A DNA stretch of 63,897 nt, the filler included, from Salisapilia sapeloensis CBS 127946 (lineage: Eukaryota > Protista > Oomycota): the NCBI GenBank assembly GCA_023334545.1. It is 6 parts of 6 records of this genome, joined end to end, with 100 filler letters (N's around TTAATTAATTAA, not from the genome) between each part and the next. Parts side by side here need not be neighbours in the genome. Positions count along the whole stretch, not along the records: positions 1 to 21,440 come from JAADVB010000282.1; positions 21,541 to 46,739 come from JAADVB010000254.1; 4 more parts are not named here. The stretch is one strand, 5' to 3'. A program made the translations under genes and the position numbers. Shown here one piece after another: positions 20,794 through 31,337 of this stretch; position 1 is the first letter of the stretch; every line of letters begins with the position of its first letter. The notes under the pieces were generated by a model. The model was not told the DNA's origin and ran no database searches. It saw nothing but the letters and a program-made list of their open reading frames with translations.

Positions 20794-21440
20794 AATTGAT
20801 AAAAAGGAATGTAGCTCATTTGTTTGCTTCGATTGCTTCGTTTATTTAGCAAATCTCGACTTCATGATATTAAAGCTCGAGTGGTAAAGTTGACTCTATT
20901 GTATTTGCTGGCGTCGAGTACTTGGCTTCGACATTGGTCGGAGACTGGAGAAACAAACGCCAATTACTGTTGGGTAAAACATGGAAATCTTGGCTGAGAT
21001 CTATTCTAAATCGATTGAACAAAACGACGAGAGCTTGTACGACTTCATGTGTTTAGCTGTATAATCCACGTCTTTGGACACAAGGCATTTTACAGTTCAC
21101 TTGTGTCGGTTGTTTCTATTGTATAAGGTTATACCATTAGCTTTCGTTAGGTGGAGAAGACTTTATAACTTTACGGCGTTCACGCAATGGACTGTTCTTG
21201 TAACAAACTAGCTGGCATACAACAATGGTCACTGAAAAGAATGAACAAGCAGTAAATCCACTATAACAAAAATCGTAGATAAAGTAAAATAGATTTACTT
21301 TCGAGCGCATGGGCTTTTGCCGTTTCCAGCCTTTGAGACTTGAAGATCATCTGCAGGACCATAGATACGAGGCTCACACTCACCTCCGCTTCTTCATGGA
21401 TACGAAAGAGATCGTTATCGCCAGGAACATTAATCGCTCA

Positions 21441-21540
21441 NNNNNNNNNNNNNNNNNNNNNNNNNNNNNNNNNNNNNNNNNNNNTTAATTAATTAANNNN
21501 NNNNNNNNNNNNNNNNNNNNNNNNNNNNNNNNNNNNNNNN
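21441..21540. other. Artificial contig spacer (44 N + TTAATTAATTAA + 44 N)
   Basis: Exactly 100 nt; the linker puts stop codons in all six frames; identical at five places. Confidence 0.98.
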
Positions 21541-21599
21541 CAGGGTACTATTTGAAGGCAAAATGTCACTGTGTCAAAATGAACCCAGCAGCATCATCA

Positions 21600-22800
21600 A
21601 AAGTAAGCAAGAATAGAAATTTGTTTGCATGAATACACGATGACTGAAATATCGTTTAGTCTGTAAGCCATGCAGAACCCAGTGCATTCCTAGGCTAAAC
21701 TTAGTTGCACATTAATGTCGTGTTCGTTGAGCAGAATATCAGGGATTATGCAAGGAACTGTAGGCATTCCTAAAACACGGATGAACGATAATTGGAATCA
21801 ATGCCTACGTCTTTGCCGATTGTTTTTACTCTCACGTCGCTATATACCTTTCCATTCCTATCTACGTGTATCGTCCGTTCCTCTGTCATGTTTCAGTAGA
21901 GAAGTGTCGAGCTGATCGTGGTGTATCGCCACAAGTCATCCAAGTTGAAGTTGCATTCGATTTACTTGCGCTACTGAGCTCTTCGCCATTTCAGTGGGAC
22001 GGGTATAGTGCGAGTCGCAAATACTGCCCAATTATTCCATCCATTACTGTACTGCGCCTGTTCCGAAATAATAGCGAAGGGCTCACTAGCACAAGTAAAG
22101 CGACTGTTTCGCGCGCTTTTTCAAATGTGCACATTTCGAGCATCAGGCGTGGCTTGGAGTCTTGTCGAAGATGGTTTCCTCATGATTGCATGAAAGATGA
22201 CGACAGAGATAGACCAAGGATATAAAGTGGCATTTACATTGGCACTATCGATCACTTGCTTTCGTACTCCCTCTTTGGCGGGAAAGTTATATTGAAATGT
22301 TGGGTTGGGTTTCCAATGGTAAATGATTAAACACAATCGGCTATTCTCAGCGAACGCGAAATTGCCCGATTCGATAATCGTTAATAGAGCTACAAAATCT
22401 GAATCCCCAATTATGCTGAATTGGTATTATACGCAAACACGGTCTAAGCATTTTATCACAGCGGAAGTGTGCCACCAACCTAATAATGAATAATCTTTTC
22501 TCGATCAGCTAGAATTAGTTTGCAACGGACAACTTCCACAACTTCACCTTTGGTGAGTTGTAGGATTTGATGTATCTGTGTGTCAAGATTGATTTATGCC
22601 AAGGGCACAAATCGGTCAAGTAGCTTCGTGAAAATCACCATCAATCGGCAATGGTACCATTATGGATGGAGTCGAAAACACAAAAGTCCACCCTTTCTAC
22701 ATGCTTCTTTTCCAAGCCCAGATAGTTCATGAGTAGCACTTTGTTGGATGAAGATAATTTGTTCAAAAGTAATGTACATTGACGCTGGGCTACATATGCT
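21600..22800 (-). pseudogene. Possible decayed coding relic, unidentified
   Basis: One minus-strand frame from about 22336 to 21600 and another from about 22790 to 22450 read protein-like with scattered stops. No recognisable family. Confidence 0.2.
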
Positions 22801-24337
22801 ATCTAGCAACTGTTGTAGCATGCGCTAACCTTTATTAGCCTGCCGCTACGGCGTTTTTGTGGTCTTGCTTTTTGGAGTGTCTAAAGTCTGAGCTGAAATC
22901 CGACTGTTATGGTTTATTTGATTTCAAAATCCCGTGGACCTGGCCATGTTTTCCCAACGTACGTAAATATGATTCTACTTGGTCTTGAGTCGTAAAGGCT
23001 CATGAACAAATGCAACTTAATCAAATCGTAAATCTGGTTGTACCCAGGATACTTCCAGATTACCATCCCCACGCTCGTCGAAATTAAAAATACCTTTGAT
23101 GACTGGTTCTATATTCGACACTGTATGCAAATACATGTTATTCCTCAATCCAAAAGATCCTCCCTTGCAGCAATCAGGTCCCTTCAGCCACAATGAAGTT
23201 CATTAATCGGAAATTTGTACGTTCCCTTCTCCTGTGGACATTAATGGGCATATATGCGGAAGAACATCATTATCAACACGGATCGCAGCATATGTTGGTG
23301 ATTTTATCAACTTTGGGGAAACATAACACTCACTGTTCCCTCGCTGTAGTATTGTTTTCGGAAATACTGTTGTCCAGGATTATTTTTAACCTACGCTCTT
23401 ATTAGGAGCAGTACTAGGACAGGATTCTCCATTCAGGACTAAGCCAGGACTGGAATTGATATAAGTTTCAGAATAATTGGCATTCTAAGAGGATACCTGA
23501 CATTTAGTTCTCACAAATACATTCTCTGCATACTGAGCAAGCCAGCATGGTGGCCAATGGCGATTGCGATATAACAGCACAGGTGAGACTATAAACGAAG
23601 GTGGTGATAAGGTTACAATTCATGAAACTGGCAAATGAAGGTAGTGTTGCGAATGATGTCGCTCGTGCCAGTCAAAATCACTTGTGCAAGTCACTATCGC
23701 TAACTATCGTTGGATTGACCTATACATTAGTCTGCAGGTAAGCAGTGCTGTGTAGTTTAGCTCGATAAATAATGAATACAATCTCTTTGTGCTTGTCAAA
23801 AGGCTACGTTACTACATATTGGTTGATCATGATTGTACAAGCGTAGACATACGGCCGATATGGAAGGCCTCCACTTGGTCGAGATAAGGATAACAGCATC
23901 GAATAGACATACTTTAGTAATGCACCTTTATTTTCAGCCCACTTTTTTCTCCCTCGTGTATCGATATGAATCGTTCACATGAAGTCTTGTACCAAGAAGC
24001 ATGTACTTGGTCGATTTTCAAGACTTCTACGTACAAGTTATAAATTACCGCGATTCTTCATATATTTCAAGGCATTTTAATTGGCTCGAATAATTTATAG
24101 CTAATCATTGCAAATCCTGGGCTGATACTGAACCAATCCTGGACAGTCATGGATCCATCTTAGGCTTAGGGCTATTGTCAGTCCTGGATAACAGTACCCG
24201 CCAATTATAAAAGGTCGATTTATGCTGTGCAGAACTGTCAGTAGATTTAGTCTTACTTCAACTTCAATTCAGCAAAATAGTCAGTATGCTATTTTATTGA
24301 AGGAAGATCATCTTCATTAAAGAAAAACTCGACCAGG

Positions 24338-25942
24338 ATGATGGCTTTCGGGAACGGACAAGAGGATGACTTGAAAGAGGGATTGCTCGATAATGAAGTC
24401 GAGCATGGAGACTCCCCCTCTGCGAGAACCATACACAGTGAAGATGATTACGACGTACTTTCAGACCGGGAGACGCTCGTCTTCGAAGAACGGCAGCATC
24501 AGAAGCGATATGGGCGCTCTAGCTTTTGCCAAACACACATTTTAAGCAAGCTTCAACCAGGATCTGGTAGCCATGACATGCTTACAAGCTACAAGCTTCG
24601 TATCCCATCTGACCATTTTGTATATACTGTAGTGAAAGGATCCATGTTCACCATGACGGTGGCAATTGTCGGTGCTGGTGTCCTCGCTCTGCCCTATGCA
24701 GTTGCCCAGGTACCTTTCTAGCTCCAGCTTTCTACCTCCTTTGAAAATAATTCAGATATTTATCCCATTTGTCTATCATCAGACTGGTCTGATTCTCGGT
24801 ATCTTGCTGATTATCAAGTGTGCTGCGGCAACCAACTTTACACTACGCAATCTCCTCGTGTGCGCTAATATCTCAGATGGCAAGTCGTATATGGACTTAG
24901 CCTACCGCACTGGAGGCAAGTACCTCGCGCTTTTCACCCAATCGATTATCTGCTTGAATCTCTTTGGCACGTGCGTTGGATACCTCGTAGGAGGCGCCGA
25001 ACTCATTCAACTCGCCATGCAGGTATGTGTACTAGCATGCATCGAACTTGTCTGTACTAACACCTAGCGTAGAAATTCCTCGGAACAGCAAGCAGGAGTC
25101 TCATGGTGGATCGACAGGCGCTGATTCTGATCCTCTGCTTTGCGCTGATTCTTCCTCTATCCTTGTTCCGAACTCTAGAGCCTCTACGTTTCACATCACT
25201 CTTCTCCATCGCATGCATTGTCTTCATGACACTCGTCGTGGTCATCAAGTACTTTGTCTTTGTCCACGAAGGCTTCGCTCCTTCGTTCATTGACCAACTG
25301 CACCACATTACTCTTTTCACCTTTGATATTGTCCCTCTCCTCCGCTGCATTCCTCTCGTCATCTTTGCCTACACATGTCACCCGAACGTCCTGCCGATCT
25401 ACCAAGTGCTCAAGCGCCCATCGAATCGACGTATGTTCAAGGTCATGGACAGGAGTCTTGCATTAGGCGCAGCAGTCTACAGCCTTGTTGGCTTCTTTGT
25501 CGTCCTCACATTCGGTCGCGCGACTGACCCGAACTTCCTCAAGAACGACTACAAGGGCGACGGTGCTGTGATTCTAGGATGTCTCGGCTTCAGTGTCGCG
25601 CTCGTTCTCACTGGTCCGCTCTTCGTCCATACACTACGAGACAATCTACTGGAAGCGACAATCGGGTCCGGTCGACTCGCACTACCGATCCACCTTTTCT
25701 TATCCACTGTATTGGTCTTGGCGGTGCTGATTGTAGCTTTAACAGCGGGCAACATTGCGTCGGTGCTTGGATTCTTAGGTGCGACGACAAACCCTCTGAT
25801 CTGTTTTGTCCTTCCTGCTGCGTTCGTATGGAAGCTGACGCCAGAGAGGTTGGCGCAAAAGTACATCGCTCTGGCCTTAGCAGTGATGGCTATCCAAGTG
25901 AGCGTCGGGAGTCTCCTTCAGAAAGCAGGTTTCATTGGCTAA
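24338..25942 (+). CDS. Amino acid transporter, AAAP/SLC38 (Aa_trans) family; 4 exons
   Basis: Exons 24338-24566, 24633-24709, 24783-25022, 25073-25942. GSMFTMTVAIVGAGVLALPYA, FAYTCHPNVLPIY, about 11 hydrophobic segments. Confidence 0.93.
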
Positions 25943-26045
25943 ACATTTACTATGAAAGGCTAAGAAAAACATGCAAGTTGTTTTTTGGATCTGTTTTCAT
26001 TGGGTTTGTTAGATGGCTTTATAATAAGACAGACAACTATCGGAA

Positions 26046-26066
26046 CTCATTCATTCTTTTTCATTT
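26046..26066 (+). promoter_or_regulatory. Oomycete Inr/FPR-like core promoter candidate
   Basis: ctcattcattctttttcattt lies 10-30 nt upstream of ATG 26077 and matches YCATTYY plus a T-rich FPR. It could instead be a polypyrimidine tract of a 5'-UTR intron (ends ttgacag). Confidence 0.35.
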
Positions 26067-26076
26067 GACAGAGCTG

Positions 26077-29000
26077 ATGGTCGCGGTATCGGCTCCGCGT
26101 GGAGCTACACGTGGGTCAAATGTAGATGTACATCGCTCCAAGTCTAGAGCGGATGTGATACTACCGATGAGGAAAAGTGTGGCACCAGAGCGTTTAGTCC
26201 AGACGCTGGGGGAGGCAATTCACTTTTTCTCTTCGGCATCACGTCGAAGTAAGGGTGATTCGAGTGTAGAAGCAAGACGGAAGGATATGATGGAGTGGCT
26301 TTTACATATAAAGGATGAAGAGTTTGCGTCTTTATTGTCTGTGGTGGATACGAGTTTCGTGAAAACGATGCTGAGTATGGGTATGAGCTCCCAACGACGT
26401 CGCAAAGGAGAAAAATTGATTCAGGGTAGTACGACAGCAGAGTTTCAGATCATTCCTGATAACCATACCTTTAGTATGGAGAAAAAGAAATTCACAGGAC
26501 GACGTTTTAATGCGCAACAAGCCAAGGAAGCGCTCCCTACCACGCCAAAGGAATTTACTCGCCGGCCTTTAATGCATACAGACGATGGCGATACCTTTGG
26601 AGGGTTTCGGACCTCAGAGTATGACAGAATATGTCGCCAATGGACAGAAAGTCTACGTCTGTTAAATACGCATTGCTCCTGTGATACCATCGCTCTATCC
26701 TTGGATGCACTTCTTTCAGACAAATCGACAGGAGTATCTCATCGAGTCCGTCAGGAGGTACTAAGGACGCTAAATGTTCTTTCAAACCATCAATTTCTAT
26801 CGTCTCCCCCGTCTGAAAACGCAATCAAGTATCGTGCATGGGGAGAAACGAAATGGAAAGCATCGGAAGGGTACTCGAGTATCCCTTCCTTCATCGCCAA
26901 TGTCTTTGAACTAAATATCTGGTATCACTGGCATGAACATCAAAAGTCATCTGCATATACCATCCCGACGTCAGGTCTTCCATCCAAAAAACCACTCCGT
27001 ACAGCTTGGATGGATGCATCCGCCACACAGCGCCAAAACTCACTCAAAACCGTTAGTAGCCAAGCTCTGTCCTATCTACAAGAGCAGCGTAGTCACTCTG
27101 CCCAATCTTCACTTACTTTGCTTTCCAATCTTATCGATCACAAGTCGAGCGATTCAGACGACATGTTCAGTTGCTCCTTTCGAAAGGCACTTGAGAAACC
27201 AGAGGTTGCTGCATTCCATCTTCTCGTAGCTGAGCATCTTCAAGATCAATGCTCTATCCTCTTGTCTGATCTATTGCTAGAAGAATCCTTGTCAACAAAG
27301 CGTAATGGGAAAGCTAAAACACAAAAAAGACGGCAGAAGCGAAAGAAAAAGAAGGAGCGTCAAAAGGCACCACCATCTTCTCCAGTACAAACGCCAAGTG
27401 TCTCAAGTGAAGATGTTGTTCATAAAGTGGCAGAAGAAACGGCTTCGAACGTCCTGAACTTGTCGGTAGAAGCTGCCTCTGCACAGCTACTTGATACAGA
27501 TGACTGGGTAGAAGTTTCGCATCAAAGGCATAAAAAGATGAAAGAAAAAAGCAGTTCAACGCCATCTGAAGAGCTTCCAGCGTCCACTGAAAAAGAAGTG
27601 GAGCAGGAGGATCCTCCGCTGACGTATGAAGACCAAGCCTCGGATCAATCATCTGACAGCTCAGATCACTTCCAAAGTCTGTTTGAACGTGGGTATGATG
27701 CAGCTGGTCTGACACCAACACCGACGCCATTCGGGTACCAGTCTCTCCTATCGTCTCCTTCGTCTCCCTTCTTCCTGTCTTTCTCTTCTTCCTCCGAGTC
27801 GCCTTCGCAGGAATCAGAGGCACGTGTCCCCGAGTGGCAGTTCCCCTCCTTTCTGTCTTCTCGACCAACCTCAACAGTCTCTGGTCTCGACTGGGACTTT
27901 CACAATTGGCATCTCAAGCCAGAGCATGCTTGCAACCGATACAATCGGATGCTCCAGGCGGAAGCACCTCGACGACCATCCAAGCGACCTCGTGCGAAAG
28001 GATCTGCCTTGTCTGCGTCAGCCAAAGCCTACCAACCAGCTGCTCCAGAGCCTACTTACTACGACGAGAAGGAAATGAGTACGAAGGAATGTCAAACGGA
28101 TCTTTCATTTGGAACGACGGAAGATGAGGGAGATGAGACGAGTCTGGATTCTCGTGTCGCTCGACTCGAGAATGACGTTGCGGAACGTATAAAGAAAGTG
28201 GACGACCTGTCGGCAACGTTTGGCAATGACTTGTCGACACTAAAGCAAAGTATTTCGTTACTTAGTGATCAACTTCGATCTGTCGAGACCGAGTTATCGA
28301 CGCTGAAACTAGCGCAAGAAAGTGTCGCGTCGAGTCTATCAAACGTCCAACTGACAGCAGATCAAACTTCTCCTCCGTCCGAGTATCGATCAACGAACAC
28401 GAACTCATTGCTCGGACCATTCGTCTCCGTCCCCATGTCTGTCCTGCCTCCACGTAGTAAACTCCATTGGGACATTTGTGAATTCGTAAGTCAGCTGCAG
28501 GCTTCTAGCAGTGCGCGTGTACAAGCTCAGGTAGGTGCCTTGCGACTGTGCACAGCAACTGTCCGGTCGCTTTGGCCGAGAGCCCAAGTGCGTCCGTATG
28601 GATCCTTCGTCTCTGGTCTCATCCTTCCATCAAGTGACTTGGATCTAGTTATCTGCCTTCCAAAAGTCCGACGAGATGCACCAGCAGATGCGGCCGGTGT
28701 CTTGGAAGGCCGGAATGCTATCAAAGAGACGTGGCAGCAGAACCTCAGTCGGAAGCTCAGGCAAGAGCCGTGGGTCCTTCCTGACACTGTCCAGACTCTG
28801 CCACATGCGACCATCCCAATCATCACGTTGGTTACCGCTGCGCCGTATAACGTTCGACTAGACATTTCATTTGAAGGGCCTCGACACAATGGTCTCGAGA
28901 CGAATGACGTTGTTCTATCGCTTATGCATGAATTCCCTCCCTTGGCACCACTGATGCTGGTACTCAAGAGTCTTGCGATCGATCGAGGTTTTGCACTCAC

Positions 29001-30126
29001 GTACTCTGGCGGCCTCTCATCCTACGCTATGCTTCTCATGGTCGCTCGATATTTACAGGAACACCGAGACCAAATGCTTTCGGATTCTCCTACGACTGGC
29101 ACAGCGCAATCGTCGGCAGACTTTGGCATGATGTTGATGGGTTTTCTTGATTTCTATGGTAACCGCTTTGATCCTCGCACGACAGGCATAAGCGTCGCGT
29201 CTCGCTGCTTCCTCAATCGAGAGAGCATGATGTCCGGTACGAATGGCCGGACGCAGGACGTACCGAGTGTCAGCCCAACTTCTCAGTTTGATGGAAACGT
29301 ACCAGAGTCGAGTGTTTCGAATACTGACCTATTGTCATCCCCTGGATCGAAAAGGTATAGCAGTCGACTGTCTTTAGATGCGTACGAGATGGACCACGTC
29401 GTGGACCAAGCGCATGATCCACACAAGTTTGATCCTGTATACATTGAAGATCCGTTGCGTCCAAGTAATAATGTCGGTCGCAACTGCTTCCGTATCATGC
29501 AGATCCGACGTGCGTTCGCTACTGCCTACTCTACTCTCATGGCAGCTTCCATGTCGCCCTCTGTCCTACCTGCGAATCGAAATGCACTCGTTGCAGGTGT
29601 CCCTCTGCATCCAGAGAACCTCTTGCGGTCGTTATTTGGTAGCGTGACATTAGATAAGAGCAAAGAGAGTGAGACGCCGGCGGTGGAAACCATGTCATAC
29701 CATGGGCAGGAGGTGTATGGGTACCACGCGCCACCGAACTACCCTCCTCCACCTCCCAACTATGGCCTGCAGATGATGCCACACCAATATCCTCGATCTC
29801 ACTACAACCACCACGTCAGCTATCGAAGTGAAGCGGCTGTGCGTCGACATAGTGAGTCGGAAGGTGAAGTCATGAAAGGATTTGAAGAGCAGGAGAGGAA
29901 GCAGCCGTCGCCTACGATGCGCAAGGGTCCAGCTCGATCCTTAAGTTTTGCGGATGTGGTCGTCGGTGGCAGTCGAGGTTCTAGACGATCGACGAGTGAA
30001 GTTCGGAGGAAAGGACCTGGGTCTCCATTAGGTTTTACTAGATCTGTGGGTGGAAGGCGGTCGGAACAAAGGCATGAGGATAGTATTAATGAGCGATGGG
30101 AAACGAGAGATGACTTTTGGACGTAA
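26077..30126 (+). CDS. Large non-canonical poly(A)/terminal nucleotidyltransferase (Trf4/TENT-type catalytic core), resembling plant MEE44
   Basis: Intronless, about 1349 aa from ATG 26077. VRPYGSFVSGLILPSSDLDLVI (G-S, DxD), RLDISF, GGLSSY, PAP-associated YIEDPLRPSNNVGRNCFRI. Confidence 0.9.
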   Translation: MVAVSAPRGATRGSNVDVHRSKSRADVILPMRKSVAPERLVQTLGEAIHFFSSASRRSKGDSSVEARRKDMMEWLLHIKDEEFASLLSVVDTSFVKTMLSMGMSSQRRRKGEKLIQGSTTAEFQIIPDNHTFSMEKKKFTGRRFNAQQAKEALPTTPKEFTRRPLMHTDDGDTFGGFRTSEYDRICRQWTESLRLLNTHCSCDTIALSLDALLSDKSTGVSHRVRQEVLRTLNVLSNHQFLSSPPSENAIKYRAWGETKWKASEGYSSIPSFIANVFELNIWYHWHEHQKSSAYTIPTSGLPSKKPLRTAWMDASATQRQNSLKTVSSQALSYLQEQRSHSAQSSLTLLSNLIDHKSSDSDDMFSCSFRKALEKPEVAAFHLLVAEHLQDQCSILLSDLLLEESLSTKRNGKAKTQKRRQKRKKKKERQKAPPSSPVQTPSVSSEDVVHKVAEETASNVLNLSVEAASAQLLDTDDWVEVSHQRHKKMKEKSSSTPSEELPASTEKEVEQEDPPLTYEDQASDQSSDSSDHFQSLFERGYDAAGLTPTPTPFGYQSLLSSPSSPFFLSFSSSSESPSQESEARVPEWQFPSFLSSRPTSTVSGLDWDFHNWHLKPEHACNRYNRMLQAEAPRRPSKRPRAKGSALSASAKAYQPAAPEPTYYDEKEMSTKECQTDLSFGTTEDEGDETSLDSRVARLENDVAERIKKVDDLSATFGNDLSTLKQSISLLSDQLRSVETELSTLKLAQESVASSLSNVQLTADQTSPPSEYRSTNTNSLLGPFVSVPMSVLPPRSKLHWDICEFVSQLQASSSARVQAQVGALRLCTATVRSLWPRAQVRPYGSFVSGLILPSSDLDLVICLPKVRRDAPADAAGVLEGRNAIKETWQQNLSRKLRQEPWVLPDTVQTLPHATIPIITLVTAAPYNVRLDISFEGPRHNGLETNDVVLSLMHEFPPLAPLMLVLKSLAIDRGFALTYSGGLSSYAMLLMVARYLQEHRDQMLSDSPTTGTAQSSADFGMMLMGFLDFYGNRFDPRTTGISVASRCFLNRESMMSGTNGRTQDVPSVSPTSQFDGNVPESSVSNTDLLSSPGSKRYSSRLSLDAYEMDHVVDQAHDPHKFDPVYIEDPLRPSNNVGRNCFRIMQIRRAFATAYSTLMAASMSPSVLPANRNALVAGVPLHPENLLRSLFGSVTLDKSKESETPAVETMSYHGQEVYGYHAPPNYPPPPPNYGLQMMPHQYPRSHYNHHVSYRSEAAVRRHSESEGEVMKGFEEQERKQPSPTMRKGPARSLSFADVVVGGSRGSRRSTSEVRRKGPGSPLGFTRSVGGRRSEQRHEDSINERWETRDDFWT

Positions 30127-30138
30127 GTAAAAAATGCA

Positions 30139-30978
30139 TTAGCCGAGGAGGTTGTAGACGTAGCCTGTGTTAGAGGCAAAGGACCGTTCGACCAGGTTTA
30201 CTTTCATCAACGTCTGTAGCGTCTCCTTGCACCGAATGACTTTCATGCCGCTGTTTCTGGCCAAGTCGGCGATCGTGCTGTCGATGGACATGTGATGTTA
30301 GCTGCTTTTAGCATGAGGGATACGAGGAAACTTACACGCCAGTGTCACGGTTCTTCAAGTAGAGAATAAGCGTCTCCATCTTGTGCAATTGGTCTTTGGT
30401 CTGGTACTTTCGAGGTAGCTTTTCAATCATATCTAGATGGAGATTAGCCTTGCGGATGCTGTTGGACGGATACAAGAGCTACCTTTATCCCATTTCCAAG
30501 ATGGAGAAGCTGCCGACTGTCGTTTTGCAAATGAAACACTTTTACTACCAAGACTCTTCCTACCAATGCTCTTCCTCGTTCCAATACTCTTCCTCCCCAA
30601 GCTTTTCGTCCGTCGATTCTCCTGACTTGGTGGCGTCCGGTGCTTTGACTTGTCCTCCATGTCTTCATCTGTGTCGACTTTACCCTCCTTTTCACCGTAA
30701 TCTGACTTGCTATAAGTCTGTGGACTCTTCTGTTTCGTCGCACGCATGGACTTGGCGTATGCTGTGTCTGCCAAGGCAGATGTGCTTTTCTTTGGAGGTG
30801 GATGCTGTGGGAATCGCAAACATGATCCTTGGAGCACAATCGCTTGTAGAAAATTACCAAAAGTCGAGTTGAAAGTAGTGACAGCTTGTTGGACTCGACT
30901 CACTTCATCAAGTTGGTCTTGCAAGAGCCGAAGACCGTCCTTGAGCTCTTCCAGCCCACTTAACACCGACTCGGCCAT
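30139..30978 (-). CDS. DAM1: DASH/Dam1-complex subunit Dam1-like protein with a spliced C-terminal winged-helix domain; 3 exons
   Basis: Exons 30978-30483, 30432-30336, 30277-30139, phase-consistent, 243 aa. N-terminal AVTTFNSTFGNFLQAIVLQGSCLRFPQHP fits the Dam1 motif L..FN.sF.sfL.g...na.Cv.FP..P. Confidence 0.72.
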
Positions 30979-31337
30979 GCTTTTGTGCCTTTAGGTTTTC
31001 GCGGGATTTTTAAATTCTCAAGTACAGTCATACCCCCAACAAATAATTATCATGGTGAGCAACTTAAGCGATATTAATTATCATTTATAGCAATATAATA
31101 TGTAATAAATTGTTCAATTAAGCTATTATTTATCAAAAATATGCACTTTTTATAATTATTGCAAGAAACCAAGTTATATAAGATCAATTCCTGGAGGTGT
31201 GACGGTACGATTGAAAGATCATGAAGAGATGCATAAAGTGAAGTCTGGATCAGGTGCTGCCCTCTACTCGTCGTCCGTTTTATTTTTTATGTTTATAGGC
31301 CTTTTGTAGCCCTTTAGAGCAATTTAAGAGGTTTAAA

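Noticed and set aside
21396-21440. ATG-started frame MDTKEIVIARNINRS running into the spacer
   Set aside because: Only 15 codons; cannot be told apart from chance.
21485-21496. TTAATTAATTAA repeated five times across the window
   Set aside because: Always centred in exactly 88 N. It is an assembly or scaffolding linker, not a biological repeat, CRISPR repeat or homeobox site.
23415-24190. Opposed aggac/gtcct motif clusters and a ttaggcttaggg telomere-like 12-mer
   Set aside because: No true terminal inverted repeat or target-site duplication could be aligned, and the oomycete telomere unit is TTTAGGG; too weak to call a MITE or interstitial telomere.
25579-26076. N-terminal 166 aa of the 1515-aa ORF overlapping the transporter gene
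   Set aside because: Starts at a non-ATG codon in an alternative frame of the transporter and crosses its 3' UTR. ATG 26077 with an Inr-like motif is more plausible.
4335-30978. Mitotic (PLK1, Dam1) or flagellar (IFT88, Dpy-30 protein) functional gene clustering
   Set aside because: The genes are far apart, partly on different contigs and interspersed with unrelated genes; no evidence of an operon-like cluster.
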